Shown here: positions 18,733-28,176 of the stretch, in pieces
How the letters are laid out: every line of letters starts with the position of its first letter
Position numbering within the stretch: the first letter of the stretch is position 1
From: an uncultured Verrucomicrobiae bacterium
Lineage (GTDB): Bacteria > Verrucomicrobiota > Verrucomicrobiia > Chthoniobacterales > Chthoniobacteraceae
Length of the DNA stretch: 64,000 nt
Direction: 5' to 3'
NCBI GenBank assembly: GCA_963769025.1
Contig: CAVYKI010000009.1
Span: forward strand, 448,001 to 512,000
Made by a program: the position numbers and the translations under genes
The notes under the pieces: model-generated
Told to the model about the DNA's origin: nothing
Databases searched by the model: none
Seen by the model: the letters and a program-made list of their open reading frames with translations, nothing else

Positions 18733-21705
18733 TCAGTTCACGTAAGCCGCCTCGTTCGAGAACAGCAGCACCTGCACGTACGTCTCCCAAGGCGACAGGA
18801 CTTTCCGCGTGACCATGGAACCTTCGTTCTGGATCGCGCTGAATTTGCTGTCTCCGCGCCGCATGCCGTTGCCGGGCCTGCCTTTTCCGGCGGATGCCGT
18901 CTTCGCGGCGATTTGCGCGGCCACTTCGGCCTGCAGCCTCGCCTCGGTCGTCAGGAATTTGTTGGCCATCTGGATTTCCTGCATCGTCGGATAACGCTGG
19001 AAGATGAGCCGGTAGATCGCGGAGATGCGGGAGAGTTCGTTGCTTTGGCGGGTGATTTCCGGGCGGGCGAGTACCTTGCGCGTCACATCCACCGCCATCG
19101 CGCTGTTCATCAGGAAAAGCGCCTGCTGGGGGACGATGCTCGTGCTGCGCTTCGAGTTCGGCATGTCGGGATCGCTGAAGTCAAAGTGCGCCATGAGCTC
19201 GGGGAGATTGCCGCGGTCGATGTAGCCATAGACGCTGCGGCGGTAGCTGTACGGTTCGTCAGTGAGATTGACCGGCTTTCCGCCCACGGTGCGGTCGAGG
19301 TCGCCGCTGTAAACAAGCAGGCTGTCGCGTGTCGATTCGAAATCCAGCCGGCGGACATTCGCGCGCCAGAGGAGACGGTTGCCGGGGTCGAGCGTCTCAT
19401 ATTCGGTCCGCGTGTGGCTGCTCTCCTGAAACACGCGGGACATCACGATGAGCTTGTGCAGCTTCTTCATGCTCCAGCCGGTGTCCATGAACCAGTTCGC
19501 CAGGAAGTCGAACAGCTCGGGATGCGTCGGCTTTTCCGACATCGTGCCAAGGTCGTCGGGCGTCCGCACGAACCCCTCGCCGAAGTGGTGCATCCAGACG
19601 CGGTTCACGATTACGCGCGCCGTCAGCGGATTGTCCTTCGATGCGATGCACGTCGCGAGTTCATATCGGCCGCTTCCCTTTGAAAACTCAATGGACTTCT
19701 GCCCGGGGCTCAGGATCTCGAGGAAGCCGCGCGGGACGATGGCACCGCGCGTCTGCTGCTGGCCGCGGATGAACACCGGCGAATTTACCGGACGGTCCTT
19801 GTCCTTCACGACCATCGCCCGCGCCGGGGCGCCGGGGTGCGTGATCTCGAGAAGGTTGATCGCAGCGAAGTCGAGCCGGCCGCGGCCCGCGATTCGCCGG
19901 GGGAAATTTTCCGTCGCTGCCTCGAGCCAGTTCTGCGTGAGCAGCACGGCGGGCGCCATCTCGAACGGCCCACGCAGCAGATCGATCATCGCCTCGTCGT
20001 ATCCTGGGACGGCGACCGACGCCGCATTCCGCATCGCCGGGATGAACCCCTTGCTCTTGGCCGCGAGGCTTTCGAAAAGCTGCGCGTAGGCCTCCACTGC
20101 GGCGTCAAAGGTCTTCGGCTGCGCCGCAGTCAGCGCGTTTTGCACGAGCGGATTCGTCCCGCTGCCGGCTCGCTTCGGCATCATCGCCGACATGCCGCCC
20201 TTCTCCGCCATCGGCCGGTTTGCGAACTTCATTCCGCCGCCGTTTCGGAATGACGAAAGCGGTCCCCACACCGACGGATTCTGCTGCATCCCGCGTCCGA
20301 TGAACTGCACCAGCTCTGCGTCGAGCTTGTATTGCTCGACCATCGCCTTCTGCGCCTCGTTGCCCCGGCCCTTGCCGCCGCCAGCCGTAGCCGCGCGGAT
20401 GTAGGCTCCCGGCACGCGGTAAAATTCCGCCAGCTCCTTGCCCACGAGGTCATAGTACTGGCCGCCGATGCCCTTGATCAGCGCCGTGTATTTCTTCTCA
20501 AAATCCTGCTGCTGCGCAGGGGTGGCCTTCATGCCGATGAGCGGCTTTTCCGACGGCTCGGTGATGCTCGCGAACACGCCGTGCAGCGCGTAGTAATCCT
20601 TCGTCGGGATCGGGTCGAACATGTGGTCGTGGCAACGCGCACACACGACGGTCATCGCAAGGAAGCCCTTGCTCACCACGTCGATGCGATCGTTGATGAT
20701 GTCGTTCGCATTTCCAAAGCGCTCGCCGACCGTGAGGAACCCAAGCGCCGCCAGCCGCGGGTCATTCGGTGAGATGCCGGGAATGAGGTCCGCCGCAAGC
20801 TGTTCGACGATGAAGTCCGTGTACGGCTTGTCGTCGTTGAACGCCTTCACGACGTAGTCGCGGTAAGTCCACGCATCCGCGTAACGGTAGTCCGAGTTCC
20901 GGTTCTGGTTCCGCGTCCCGCCGACCGTGTCCGCATAGCGTGCGGTGTCCAGCCAATGGCGCGCCCAGCGCTCGCCGTACGCGGGCGAGGCGAGCAGGCG
21001 ATCCACCACCTTCTCGTACGCATTCGGCGCCGTGTCGTTCATGAATGCCTCCGTCTCCGCGTAGGTCGGCGGCAGGCCGGTCAGGTCATACGTCACGCGC
21101 CTCAGCAAGGTCTCACGCGTTGCGTCCGGCGATGGCAGCATTCCGTTCGCTTCCAGCTTTTGCAGGATGAAGTTGTCGATCGGCGTGCGGCACCACTGCT
21201 GGTTCTTGTTGTTGGGAAAAGCGTGTCGGTCGGGAGGCTGGTAGGCCCAGTGCTTCCGCGCGCTGTCCGTCAGTCCGCTCAGCTTGGTTTTCTTCGCCTC
21301 GGCTTCCGTTCGGGGATCGGGCGCGCCCATTTTGATCCACGTGGCGACATCCGCGATCTGCTGCGCGCTGAGCTTGCCACCGCTGCTTGAGGGCGGCATC
21401 TGGAGATCGGTGTCCGTGTAAGTCAGCGCCGTGTACAACAACGATTTTTCCGGGTCACCCGGGACGATTGCCGGACCTCCGTCGCCGCCCTTTTGCCAGC
21501 CCACCTTCGAGTCCAGCGTCAGGTTGCCTTTCGATTTTCCAGACTGGAGGGAATGGCACTTGTAACACGTTTCCGAGAGGAGCGGACGAATTTTCCCCTC
21601 GAAAAAGTCGGTCTGTTCCTTCGTCAGTTCCGCGGTCGCCGCCGCACAGAGTGGCGCGGGGAGAATGGCGAGAATGCCTGCAATAATGCGCGGGGTGGTG
21701 CTCAT
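18733..21705 (-). CDS. PSD1 and planctomycete cytochrome c domain protein (DUF1549/DUF1553)
   Basis: FFEGKIRPLL..CYKCH, HWAYQPP, LLRRVTYDLTGLPP, YGERWARHWLD, CARCHDH, NPLTARVIVNRVW, RRSVY, PQQALFLMN. Confidence 0.92.
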   Translation of the reverse strand: MSTTPRIIAGILAILPAPLCAAATAELTKEQTDFFEGKIRPLLSETCYKCHSLQSGKSKGNLTLDSKVGWQKGGDGGPAIVPGDPEKSLLYTALTYTDTDLQMPPSSSGGKLSAQQIADVATWIKMGAPDPRTEAEAKKTKLSGLTDSARKHWAYQPPDRHAFPNNKNQQWCRTPIDNFILQKLEANGMLPSPDATRETLLRRVTYDLTGLPPTYAETEAFMNDTAPNAYEKVVDRLLASPAYGERWARHWLDTARYADTVGGTRNQNRNSDYRYADAWTYRDYVVKAFNDDKPYTDFIVEQLAADLIPGISPNDPRLAALGFLTVGERFGNANDIINDRIDVVSKGFLAMTVVCARCHDHMFDPIPTKDYYALHGVFASITEPSEKPLIGMKATPAQQQDFEKKYTALIKGIGGQYYDLVGKELAEFYRVPGAYIRAATAGGGKGRGNEAQKAMVEQYKLDAELVQFIGRGMQQNPSVWGPLSSFRNGGGMKFANRPMAEKGGMSAMMPKRAGSGTNPLVQNALTAAQPKTFDAAVEAYAQLFESLAAKSKGFIPAMRNAASVAVPGYDEAMIDLLRGPFEMAPAVLLTQNWLEAATENFPRRIAGRGRLDFAAINLLEITHPGAPARAMVVKDKDRPVNSPVFIRGQQQTRGAIVPRGFLEILSPGQKSIEFSKGSGRYELATCIASKDNPLTARVIVNRVWMHHFGEGFVRTPDDLGTMSEKPTHPELFDFLANWFMDTGWSMKKLHKLIVMSRVFQESSHTRTEYETLDPGNRLLWRANVRRLDFESTRDSLLVYSGDLDRTVGGKPVNLTDEPYSYRRSVYGYIDRGNLPELMAHFDFSDPDMPNSKRSTSIVPQQALFLMNSAMAVDVTRKVLARPEITRQSNELSRISAIYRLIFQRYPTMQEIQMANKFLTTEARLQAEVAAQIAAKTASAGKGRPGNGMRRGDSKFSAIQNEGSMVTRKVLSPWETYVQVLLFSNEAAYVN

Positions 21706-21896
21706 GGATTGGGGTAGGGGAGGACAGCCGCCGGGAGGTCGGCAGACTGCTTCCCTTTCATGTAGCACAAAGGCCGCCTGCACGAAGCAGTTTTCCGTCC
21801 TTTCCGAGGGTCGCGTTCGCCAGAGATTCACGCCTCAAAAACCGTGCGATGCTCAACGCAGTTGAATCCTCCCGCGCCGCCGCGTAATGACACGCC

Positions 21897-22658
21897 ATGC
21901 ACCGCTTCCTCGCGTTCACCTTGCTCATGCTCACCCTCCTGCCTGCGAGTGCCCTCAGCGATCGCGAGCTTTCCTCCATCGGCAAGCGCGTCTGGCAAAA
22001 TGAGTGCGGCGGCACCCGCGAAGGACTCACCTCATGGAACACGGGTGAAAATTTCGCATCCCTCGGCATCGGTCACTTCATCTGGTATCCGAAAGGTGTG
22101 CGCGGTCCGTTCGAGGAGAGCTTTCCCTCGCTCGTCCGCTTTCTCTCCGAAAACGGCGTGAAGCTCCCGGCATGGCTCAAGCCCGATGCCGATTGCCCGT
22201 GGCGGACGCGGGCGGAATTCCTCGCCGCCGGAAAGGGTCGCCAGATGACCGAATTGCGCGACCTTCTCGCCGACACCGTCACCCTGCAGAGCCGCTTCCT
22301 CGCCCGCCGCATGGAGCAGGCCCTGCCGAAGCTCCTCGCCGAAACATCCGCGAATCGCCGCGAACATGTCCGCAAGCAATTCGGCCGGCTTCTCGCGACG
22401 GAAAAGGGGACCTTCGCGCTCATCGATTACGTCAATTTCAAAGGCGAGGGCACCAACCCCGCGGAACGCTACGACGGCCAGGGCTGGGGTCTTCTGCAAG
22501 TCATCGAAGGCATGGAAGACGAAGGTCCCGCAGCCCGTGCCTTCGGGGATTCCGCCGCGCGCGTTCTCACTCGACGCGTGAAAAACTCCCCGCCCGAGCG
22601 CGACGAAGCCCGGTGGCTCCCCGGCTGGGTCCGACGCGTGGCCGCCTACGCCAATTAA
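21897..22658 (+). CDS. Conserved secreted hypothetical protein, possibly lysozyme-like
   Basis: Signal peptide; WQNECGG, SLGIGHFIWYP, ALIDYVNFKGEG, GWGLLQV. Confidence 0.7.
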   Translation: MHRFLAFTLLMLTLLPASALSDRELSSIGKRVWQNECGGTREGLTSWNTGENFASLGIGHFIWYPKGVRGPFEESFPSLVRFLSENGVKLPAWLKPDADCPWRTRAEFLAAGKGRQMTELRDLLADTVTLQSRFLARRMEQALPKLLAETSANRREHVRKQFGRLLATEKGTFALIDYVNFKGEGTNPAERYDGQGWGLLQVIEGMEDEGPAARAFGDSAARVLTRRVKNSPPERDEARWLPGWVRRVAAYAN

Positions 22659-22730
22659 TCCCCGCTGGCAGGCGCCTCCTTCCGGCGGCGGCCCATTCGA
22701 TGTTGGACGGTGTGCCCGCGCGACGATTCC

Positions 22731-23156
22731 TTACGGGCGCTCCCGTGAGAGCTGCGCGAGCGTCGCCCGGCCGTTTTCAAAAAAGATCGTCGTCACTTCA
22801 TTGATCGTCGGGCGCGGCCCGAGACGGGTCTTCTCGGTAAAATTCCGCTGGTCGTTTGCCCCCGAGCCAAATGTGGAACCCACGTCATCGACAGGACTGA
22901 TGTCCACAAACCGCTCGTGCACGTACACCCACACGTCGCCGCCGCCATTCGTCCTCAGCGGTGCGCCCATCGCCAGTTGGACCTGTTCCTTCGTCATCCC
23001 CTCCACCGCGGAGCCACCCGGCATTTTTCCGGTCCGCAGGATTTCGCGATGCGCCGCCGAAAGCTCCGGATGCGCGCCGGCATATTGCGAACCGGGAGTC
23101 GAACAGCCCGCAATGCAGAGAGTGATGAGAAGCGAAACGACACAGGCGACCTTCAT
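22731..23156 (-). CDS. Small lipoprotein, SmpA/BamE-like
   Basis: Lipobox IAGC; GMTKEQVQLAMGAP..WVY..IFFENG. Confidence 0.65.
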   Translation of the reverse strand: MKVACVVSLLITLCIAGCSTPGSQYAGAHPELSAAHREILRTGKMPGGSAVEGMTKEQVQLAMGAPLRTNGGGDVWVYVHERFVDISPVDDVGSTFGSGANDQRNFTEKTRLGPRPTINEVTTIFFENGRATLAQLSRERP

Positions 23157-23280
23157 AAGACCGCACTTTCCGTCAATGCGCCGCCGCAAGTCGAGGCGCA
23201 ACAGCCCGCATCCCGCTGACATCAATTCCTTGTGAACGCCGCCGCACCCGCGCTAGCATCGCTCAAACCGGACCCCCACC

Positions 23281-23700
23281 ATGCACGCCGTACCCACCAT
23301 CGTTCAGATCATCTTTTACATCGCAGCCATGCTCGCTCCCGAAGGCGCGACGCACATGACGCTCTCACCAGGTCCCGATGAATCGAAGCACTTTGCCAAG
23401 ACAGCAGCAGGTGGCTGGCTCCTCGCATCCGATGCATCCGAATGGAAAGTCACCATCGACACCGTGATCATCCAGCCGAAGAAGGCGGGCAGCAAAGACG
23501 AACGCCGCAGGGTCTCCACCTTCATCGACAAGGCCCCCGGCCTCGCGAACAAGCTGCGCACGCATGATTGGACCATGAAATCCACGCTCCATCTCTCCGG
23601 CGGATTCACCATCGACAAGACCGAGGACGGCTTCCGAATCCGAGGCGAGAAAGTGGAAGACACACCCGACGTGGATTTCCGCGTCGTGTATTCCAAGTAA
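23281..23700 (+). CDS. Hypothetical protein
   Basis: 139 aa ATG ORF with normal codon usage filling the intergenic gap. Confidence 0.6.
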   Translation: MHAVPTIVQIIFYIAAMLAPEGATHMTLSPGPDESKHFAKTAAGGWLLASDASEWKVTIDTVIIQPKKAGSKDERRRVSTFIDKAPGLANKLRTHDWTMKSTLHLSGGFTIDKTEDGFRIRGEKVEDTPDVDFRVVYSK

Positions 23701-23933
23701 AAGCGGACACGGCCGGGCAGCTCCGGGGAAGGGGCAGGCCCCGCAACCGGGTTTGCGGGAGGCAGCGTTGTGAAACGACCGGCGCAGCCAGCGTGGCGCG
23801 GAATTTTTCCGAGGGCAGGAGATTCGGGACGGTGCGGTCGCAGGATGGCCGGGCTTGCAAGCAACACAGGCGTGGGTAAACATCCCCGGCTTCGCTGCAC
23901 GCAGCGGCATTTCCGGTCGTGTTGCCTCCAAAA

Positions 23934-24005
23934 GTCCCCGTAGTTCAACGGATAGAACGCTGGTTTCCTAAACCGGTGATGTGGGTTCGATTCCCGCCGG
24001 GGACA
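23934..24005 (+). tRNA. tRNA-Arg (anticodon CCT)
   Basis: Cloverleaf: acceptor GTCCCCG/CGGGGAC, D-arm GTTC/GAAC, anticodon arm CTGGT-TTCCTAA-ACCGG (CCT at 23967-23969), T-arm GTGGG-TTCGATT-CCCGC; CCA not encoded. Confidence 0.95.
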
Positions 24006-24137
24006 TTTTGTTGAACGGATCGCAATCCGCGCTCATCCGAGGACCCGGGCGGGCGGTGAACGGCTGAACAGTGCGCTTTCGCCGGATGCTCCGCAAAGTA
24101 TTACGCCCACTCGACCGCTCAACCGCGAAGATCGGGT

Positions 24138-24311
24138 ATGCTAAAATACGCCATCATCTTCGCCATTGTTGCCCTGATTGCAGGCGCATTGGGGTTCACC
24201 GGAATCGCGGGGGCCTTTGCGGCAATCGCCAAGGTTCTCTTCTTCATCTGCCTTGTCATTTTCGTGGTTCTGCTCGTCGCCGCCATTTTCATTGGGAAAA
24301 AGCTTTTGTGA
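24138..24311 (+). CDS. DUF1328/UPF0391 (YtjA-like) small membrane protein, 57 aa; absent from the ORF track
   Basis: Hand translation [57 protein letters not shown] matches the family pattern. Confidence 0.9.
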   Translation: MLKYAIIFAIVALIAGALGFTGIAGAFAAIAKVLFFICLVIFVVLLVAAIFIGKKLL

Positions 24312-24426
24312 ATGAGGCGGCGCAGCCTCCTGAACGCCCGCGTACTCGCAGCAGAAAAATACGACCAAACAGCGCTTTCGCGTGAGCGTGGCTCCCGTCA
24401 GGTTCCCGAGTACACGAACCACTGCC

Positions 24427-25053
24427 ATGACGCACACCACCATCACGCTCCCGCCGGAAGCTCCCATCATGGTTTTGCCCGGGGCGGTCCTTTTTCCAAA
24501 CACGATTCTCCCGCTCCGCATTTTCGAGCCCCGGTATCGCGCCATGCTCGAGTGGGCGCTGGAGCGCGACCGGATGTTCTGTGTGGCGCTCATGAAGCCG
24601 GGACTCACCGAGGCGGAAACCGAGGATCAGTTTTTTCACACCGCCGGCATCGGCCTCGTCGCGGCTTCGGTCACGCAGGCCGACGGTACGTCGAATCTCA
24701 TGCTGAATGGTTTGGCGCGTATGCGCTTAACCGGTTTCCCTCAGCGCGCGCCATTTCGAGTGGCGACGATCGAGCGGGTGACGGAGGTCGCCGCCTCCCC
24801 GGCGAGAGCTGAACCGCTCGTGGAAGCGCTTCGGGATCTGTGCTGCGCCATCACGGTGGATGGTTCCCGGCTGCCGGAGTCGTTCACGGAAGTTTTCGAA
24901 GAGATCGAGGACCCTGCCGTCCTCACGGATGCCGTCGCGAATTCGCTGGTGAGGGACGCCATGCAGCGTCAGCGCCTGCTGGAGCAAGCGGACCCGGTGG
25001 CCCGCCTCCGGGAACTCACGCGCATCCTCGGGGAGGAATTTCCGCGCGGGTAG
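24427..25053 (+). CDS. LON peptidase substrate-binding (N-terminal) domain protein
   Basis: PIMVLPGAVLFP..LPLRIFEPRYRAM, DGTSNLMLNGLAR, QRQRLLE; no ATPase or protease domain. Confidence 0.88.
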   Translation: MTHTTITLPPEAPIMVLPGAVLFPNTILPLRIFEPRYRAMLEWALERDRMFCVALMKPGLTEAETEDQFFHTAGIGLVAASVTQADGTSNLMLNGLARMRLTGFPQRAPFRVATIERVTEVAASPARAEPLVEALRDLCCAITVDGSRLPESFTEVFEEIEDPAVLTDAVANSLVRDAMQRQRLLEQADPVARLRELTRILGEEFPRG

Positions 25054-25072
25054 CGCGATTGAAGCACACGTT

Positions 25073-25573
25073 CGGCCCGGCTTCGGCGGCTCACCGATTT
25101 TCTACGGAAACTTCGCGAAGGCGTTCCGCGAGACCAAGGATCACGAGGGGAATCCGTTCTGGTATCAGGGTCTGCTCTTCAACGAGTTTTACACCGCGCT
25201 GGACGGGAAGCAGCAGGAGAAGATCCTCGCCGGACGGGAGCCGCGTGGCGAGAAGCCGTCGGAGGTGATCCAGAAGCGGAAGGCGGACCTGCCGGGGCTG
25301 CCATGCGCGGAGTTGAGCAAGGATCAGCAGGCGAAACTGCTCGATACCATGCGGCGCATGCTCGCGTGTTTCCGGCCCGACGATGTCGCGGCGACGATGA
25401 AGACCATCGAGGACCGGAACATCCTCAGCCGGCTGTTTGTCTCCTGCTACGGCGGGGCTTTCGACATCGGCAGCGACAAGGTGTGGGACACCTGGCAGAT
25501 CGAGGGGCCGGACATGGTGTGGTATTTCCGCGGCGTGCCGCACATCCACACGTATTTCCATTTGGCGGTGTAG
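25073..25573 (+). pseudogene. 5'-truncated DUF3500-like gene fragment
   Basis: The frame reads GFGGSPIFYG..HEGNPFWYQG..ALDGKQQEK..DIGSDKVWDTWQIEGPDMVWYFRGVPHIHTY, but no start codon or room exists upstream of the conserved block. Confidence 0.6.
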
Positions 25574-25694
25574 GGAATCGAGCGGCGGGAGGCAGCCTGC
25601 CGAAGGCACCCCGCACCGCAGCGTCGAACGATCGCTCATCCTGCGGATGAAAACGCTGTTGAGCACGGCTCGGTTTCAGATCCATACTCGCGAG

Positions 25695-26477
25695 ATGAAA
25701 CGAAAAATGTTCCTCCCGTCTCTTCTCCTCCTCGCCGCATTACTGCCGGTCTCCTTTGCCGAGGAGAAGAAGCCGTCCGATGAAGGCTTCACGGTGATTT
25801 TCGACGGCAAGACGCTCAAAGGCTGGCATGTCAGCGCGAAGTCCGGGCACAGCCGCACGAGTGGGGGGAAGAGCGGCGGGAAGTGGGAGGTGAAGGACGG
25901 CGCCATCACTGGCACGCAGGATGTCCCGAAAAACGGCGGGCTGCTGCTCACGGATGAACTCTACGGCGAATTCGAGGTCGCGCTGGAGATGAACAACGAT
26001 TTCGGCCCGGACAGCGGCCTGTTTTTGCGGAGCACGGAAGAAGGCAAGTGCTACCAGGCGCTCGTGGATTATCACTCGGGCGGCAGCCTCATGGGCATCT
26101 ACGGCGAAGGGCTTGGCGGCAAGCCGCACCTGCGCTTTTTCAGCTTCGGAGCGACGCCCGACGCGATCGTGCTGCACCCCGACCGCACGCCGAGCGGCAT
26201 TCCCGTGGATGCGGACGGATGGAAGAAGCTGTGGAAGCACGGCGCGTGGAATGAACTCCGCGCGCGGATCACCGGTGGCGACAAGCCGACGATGACGACG
26301 TGGATCAACGGGGTGAAGATCATGGAGTGGACGGAGACGGAAGCGCGGTTGCCGGTGAAAGGCTCGATCGGCGTGCAAGTCCACGGCGGCGGCAAGCCGG
26401 AGGATTATGACGGGAAATTCGTCCGCTACCGGAACATCCGCGTGAAGCGCCTCGGGGCGGAGGCGGGAGGGAAGTGA
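25695..26477 (+). CDS. DUF1080 (3-keto-disaccharide hydrolase family) secreted protein
   Basis: Signal peptide, IFDGKTLKGW, WEVKDG, DSGLFLR, WNE, IGVQVHGG, RYRNIRVK. Confidence 0.9.
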   Translation: MKRKMFLPSLLLLAALLPVSFAEEKKPSDEGFTVIFDGKTLKGWHVSAKSGHSRTSGGKSGGKWEVKDGAITGTQDVPKNGGLLLTDELYGEFEVALEMNNDFGPDSGLFLRSTEEGKCYQALVDYHSGGSLMGIYGEGLGGKPHLRFFSFGATPDAIVLHPDRTPSGIPVDADGWKKLWKHGAWNELRARITGGDKPTMTTWINGVKIMEWTETEARLPVKGSIGVQVHGGGKPEDYDGKFVRYRNIRVKRLGAEAGGK

Positions 26478-26568
26478 GAGTTGTGCAGACCCGGCGCCTG
26501 CGAGCGGGCGCGGTGATCAGTGGATCGTAATCCGGGAAGTCTCTGTGCGCGCGACGATGCGCGGGCGG

Positions 26569-27309
26569 CTACTTCTTCGCCGCGGAGTCGCCGAGGATTT
26601 TCTGCGCTTCGTCCGTGCCGATCTCGTGTACGAAAATGTTGCGCCAGCGGATTTCGCCGCCGTGGGTTTGGAGCATGATCGGGCCTTTGGTGGGCAGCGG
26701 CATTGTGCGGTCCCAGAAGTTCTCCATCACGTTGCCGTCCACGACGAGTTTGTCGTTGAGCCACACCCATGTGCGCGCACCGACTTGGCGGATGCGGAAG
26801 CTGTTCCATTCGCCGAACGCCCGATCCGCGAGCACGAGCGGGTCTCGGCCCGGCGTGTTCGGCGTATTGTTGAAAAGGCCGCCGGAGCCGAGGTGCGGTT
26901 TGCGGTCGGGCTTCTTGGGATCGAATACTTGGTTCTTGTCCCAGATTTGCACCTGCGGCGTGCCGCGCAGGTAGATGCCGCTGTCAGCGTGCGCCACGGT
27001 CTTGTATTCGACGAGCAGCTCGATGTCGCCAAGCTCCTCGTCGGTCGTCGCGTACGGGCCGGTGCCGCTGTTGACGAGTTCGCCATTTTCGACGGTCCAG
27101 TGTTTCGCGAAATCCTCGCGCTGTTGCTTGAGGTTTGCGTCCTTCTTTTCGCCGGTGAGTTTCGCCCCCGTGTGCGGGTTCAGTCCGTGCCAGCCGGTGA
27201 GATCCTTGCCGTTGAAGAGTGCGCGGAAACCTGTTGGCGGCGCGGGATCCGCCGCGTGGAGCGAACTGCATACGAGCGTAACGAGAAGGACGGGGAGAAT
27301 GAGTTTCAT
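26569..27309 (-). CDS. DUF1080 (3-keto-disaccharide hydrolase family) secreted protein
   Basis: Signal peptide from MKLILP, LFNGKDLTGW, DSGIYLRG, GEWNSF, LQTHGGEIRWRNI. Confidence 0.9.
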   Translation of the reverse strand: MKLILPVLLVTLVCSSLHAADPAPPTGFRALFNGKDLTGWHGLNPHTGAKLTGEKKDANLKQQREDFAKHWTVENGELVNSGTGPYATTDEELGDIELLVEYKTVAHADSGIYLRGTPQVQIWDKNQVFDPKKPDRKPHLGSGGLFNNTPNTPGRDPLVLADRAFGEWNSFRIRQVGARTWVWLNDKLVVDGNVMENFWDRTMPLPTKGPIMLQTHGGEIRWRNIFVHEIGTDEAQKILGDSAAKK

Positions 27310-27525
27310 CGGGTTGGGGTGGTCGGGGAGATTTTCGAAACGTCGGAGATGCGCAGCAATCCCTCGGGAAGGACCCGTGAGGCGGCGATCTGCTATTTGC
27401 GAAGATGCACAGGCATTCGGTTTTTGACTGGTCGAGCGGATCCGATCTGAAACGACGGTGGGGGCGATTCGTGCCTTCTTCATCTGGTCTTCAGTTTCGT
27501 GCGCGACGATGCTGCCTGTCCACGC

Positions 27526-28176
27526 ATGCGCCTGCTCATTGTCGAAGACGAACCGGATCTGCTCAGCAGCCTCGCCGAGGCCCTGCGCGAGGATGGCTAT
27601 GCCGTCGATGAGGCGCCCGATGGCGAGGAGGGCATGACGAAGGCGCTCCACTGCGACTACGATGCGATCGTGCTGGATGTGATGCTGCCGAGGATCAGCG
27701 GGTTTGCGGTCTTGGAACGGCTCCGGGTGCGAAAGAAGACGCCCGTGCTGATGCTCACTGCGCGCACGCGCACGCCGGATCGCGTGCGGGGATTGGACAG
27801 CGGGGCGGATGATTACCTCGCAAAGCCGTATGAACTGCCGGAGCTCCTTGCGCGCATCCGCGCACTCGTCCGGCGGGCGGCTGGGAATGCAACCGCGGTG
27901 CTGAAAATCGGCGACGTGACAGTGGACCTCGCGGGCCACACCGTGACGCAGGACGGTGAGCCTGTGGCGCTCACGGCGCGGGAGATTTCCCTGATCGAAT
28001 ATCTCGCCCAACATCGCGGACGCGTGATCACGCGGGAGCAGCTTTACGAGCATCTCTTCGACGAAAACGACAGCAGCCTTTCCAACCTGCTAGACGTCCA
28101 TGTTTCCAATGTCCGCAAAAAACTCGGGCATGAGTTTGTCGCCACCCGCCGCGGGCTGGGCTACTGCATCGAGTGA
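27526..28176 (+). CDS. OmpR-family response regulator
   Basis: LLIVEDE, LDVMLP, LMLTAR, GADDYLAKPY, winged-helix end TRRGLGY. Confidence 0.95.
   Translation: MRLLIVEDEPDLLSSLAEALREDGYAVDEAPDGEEGMTKALHCDYDAIVLDVMLPRISGFAVLERLRVRKKTPVLMLTARTRTPDRVRGLDSGADDYLAKPYELPELLARIRALVRRAAGNATAVLKIGDVTVDLAGHTVTQDGEPVALTAREISLIEYLAQHRGRVITREQLYEHLFDENDSSLSNLLDVHVSNVRKKLGHEFVATRRGLGYCIE

Noticed and set aside
21714..21757. GTAG-starting imperfect hairpin upstream of the PSD1 gene
   Set aside because: Stem too imperfect and unlike the two REP families
23934..24100. tRNA-anchored genomic island or prophage
   Set aside because: No integrase and no duplicated tRNA 3' end seen in the window
26569..28053. 494 aa track ORF as one protein
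   Set aside because: The first half is antisense to the response regulator; the DUF1080 gene starts at 27309 with a signal peptide
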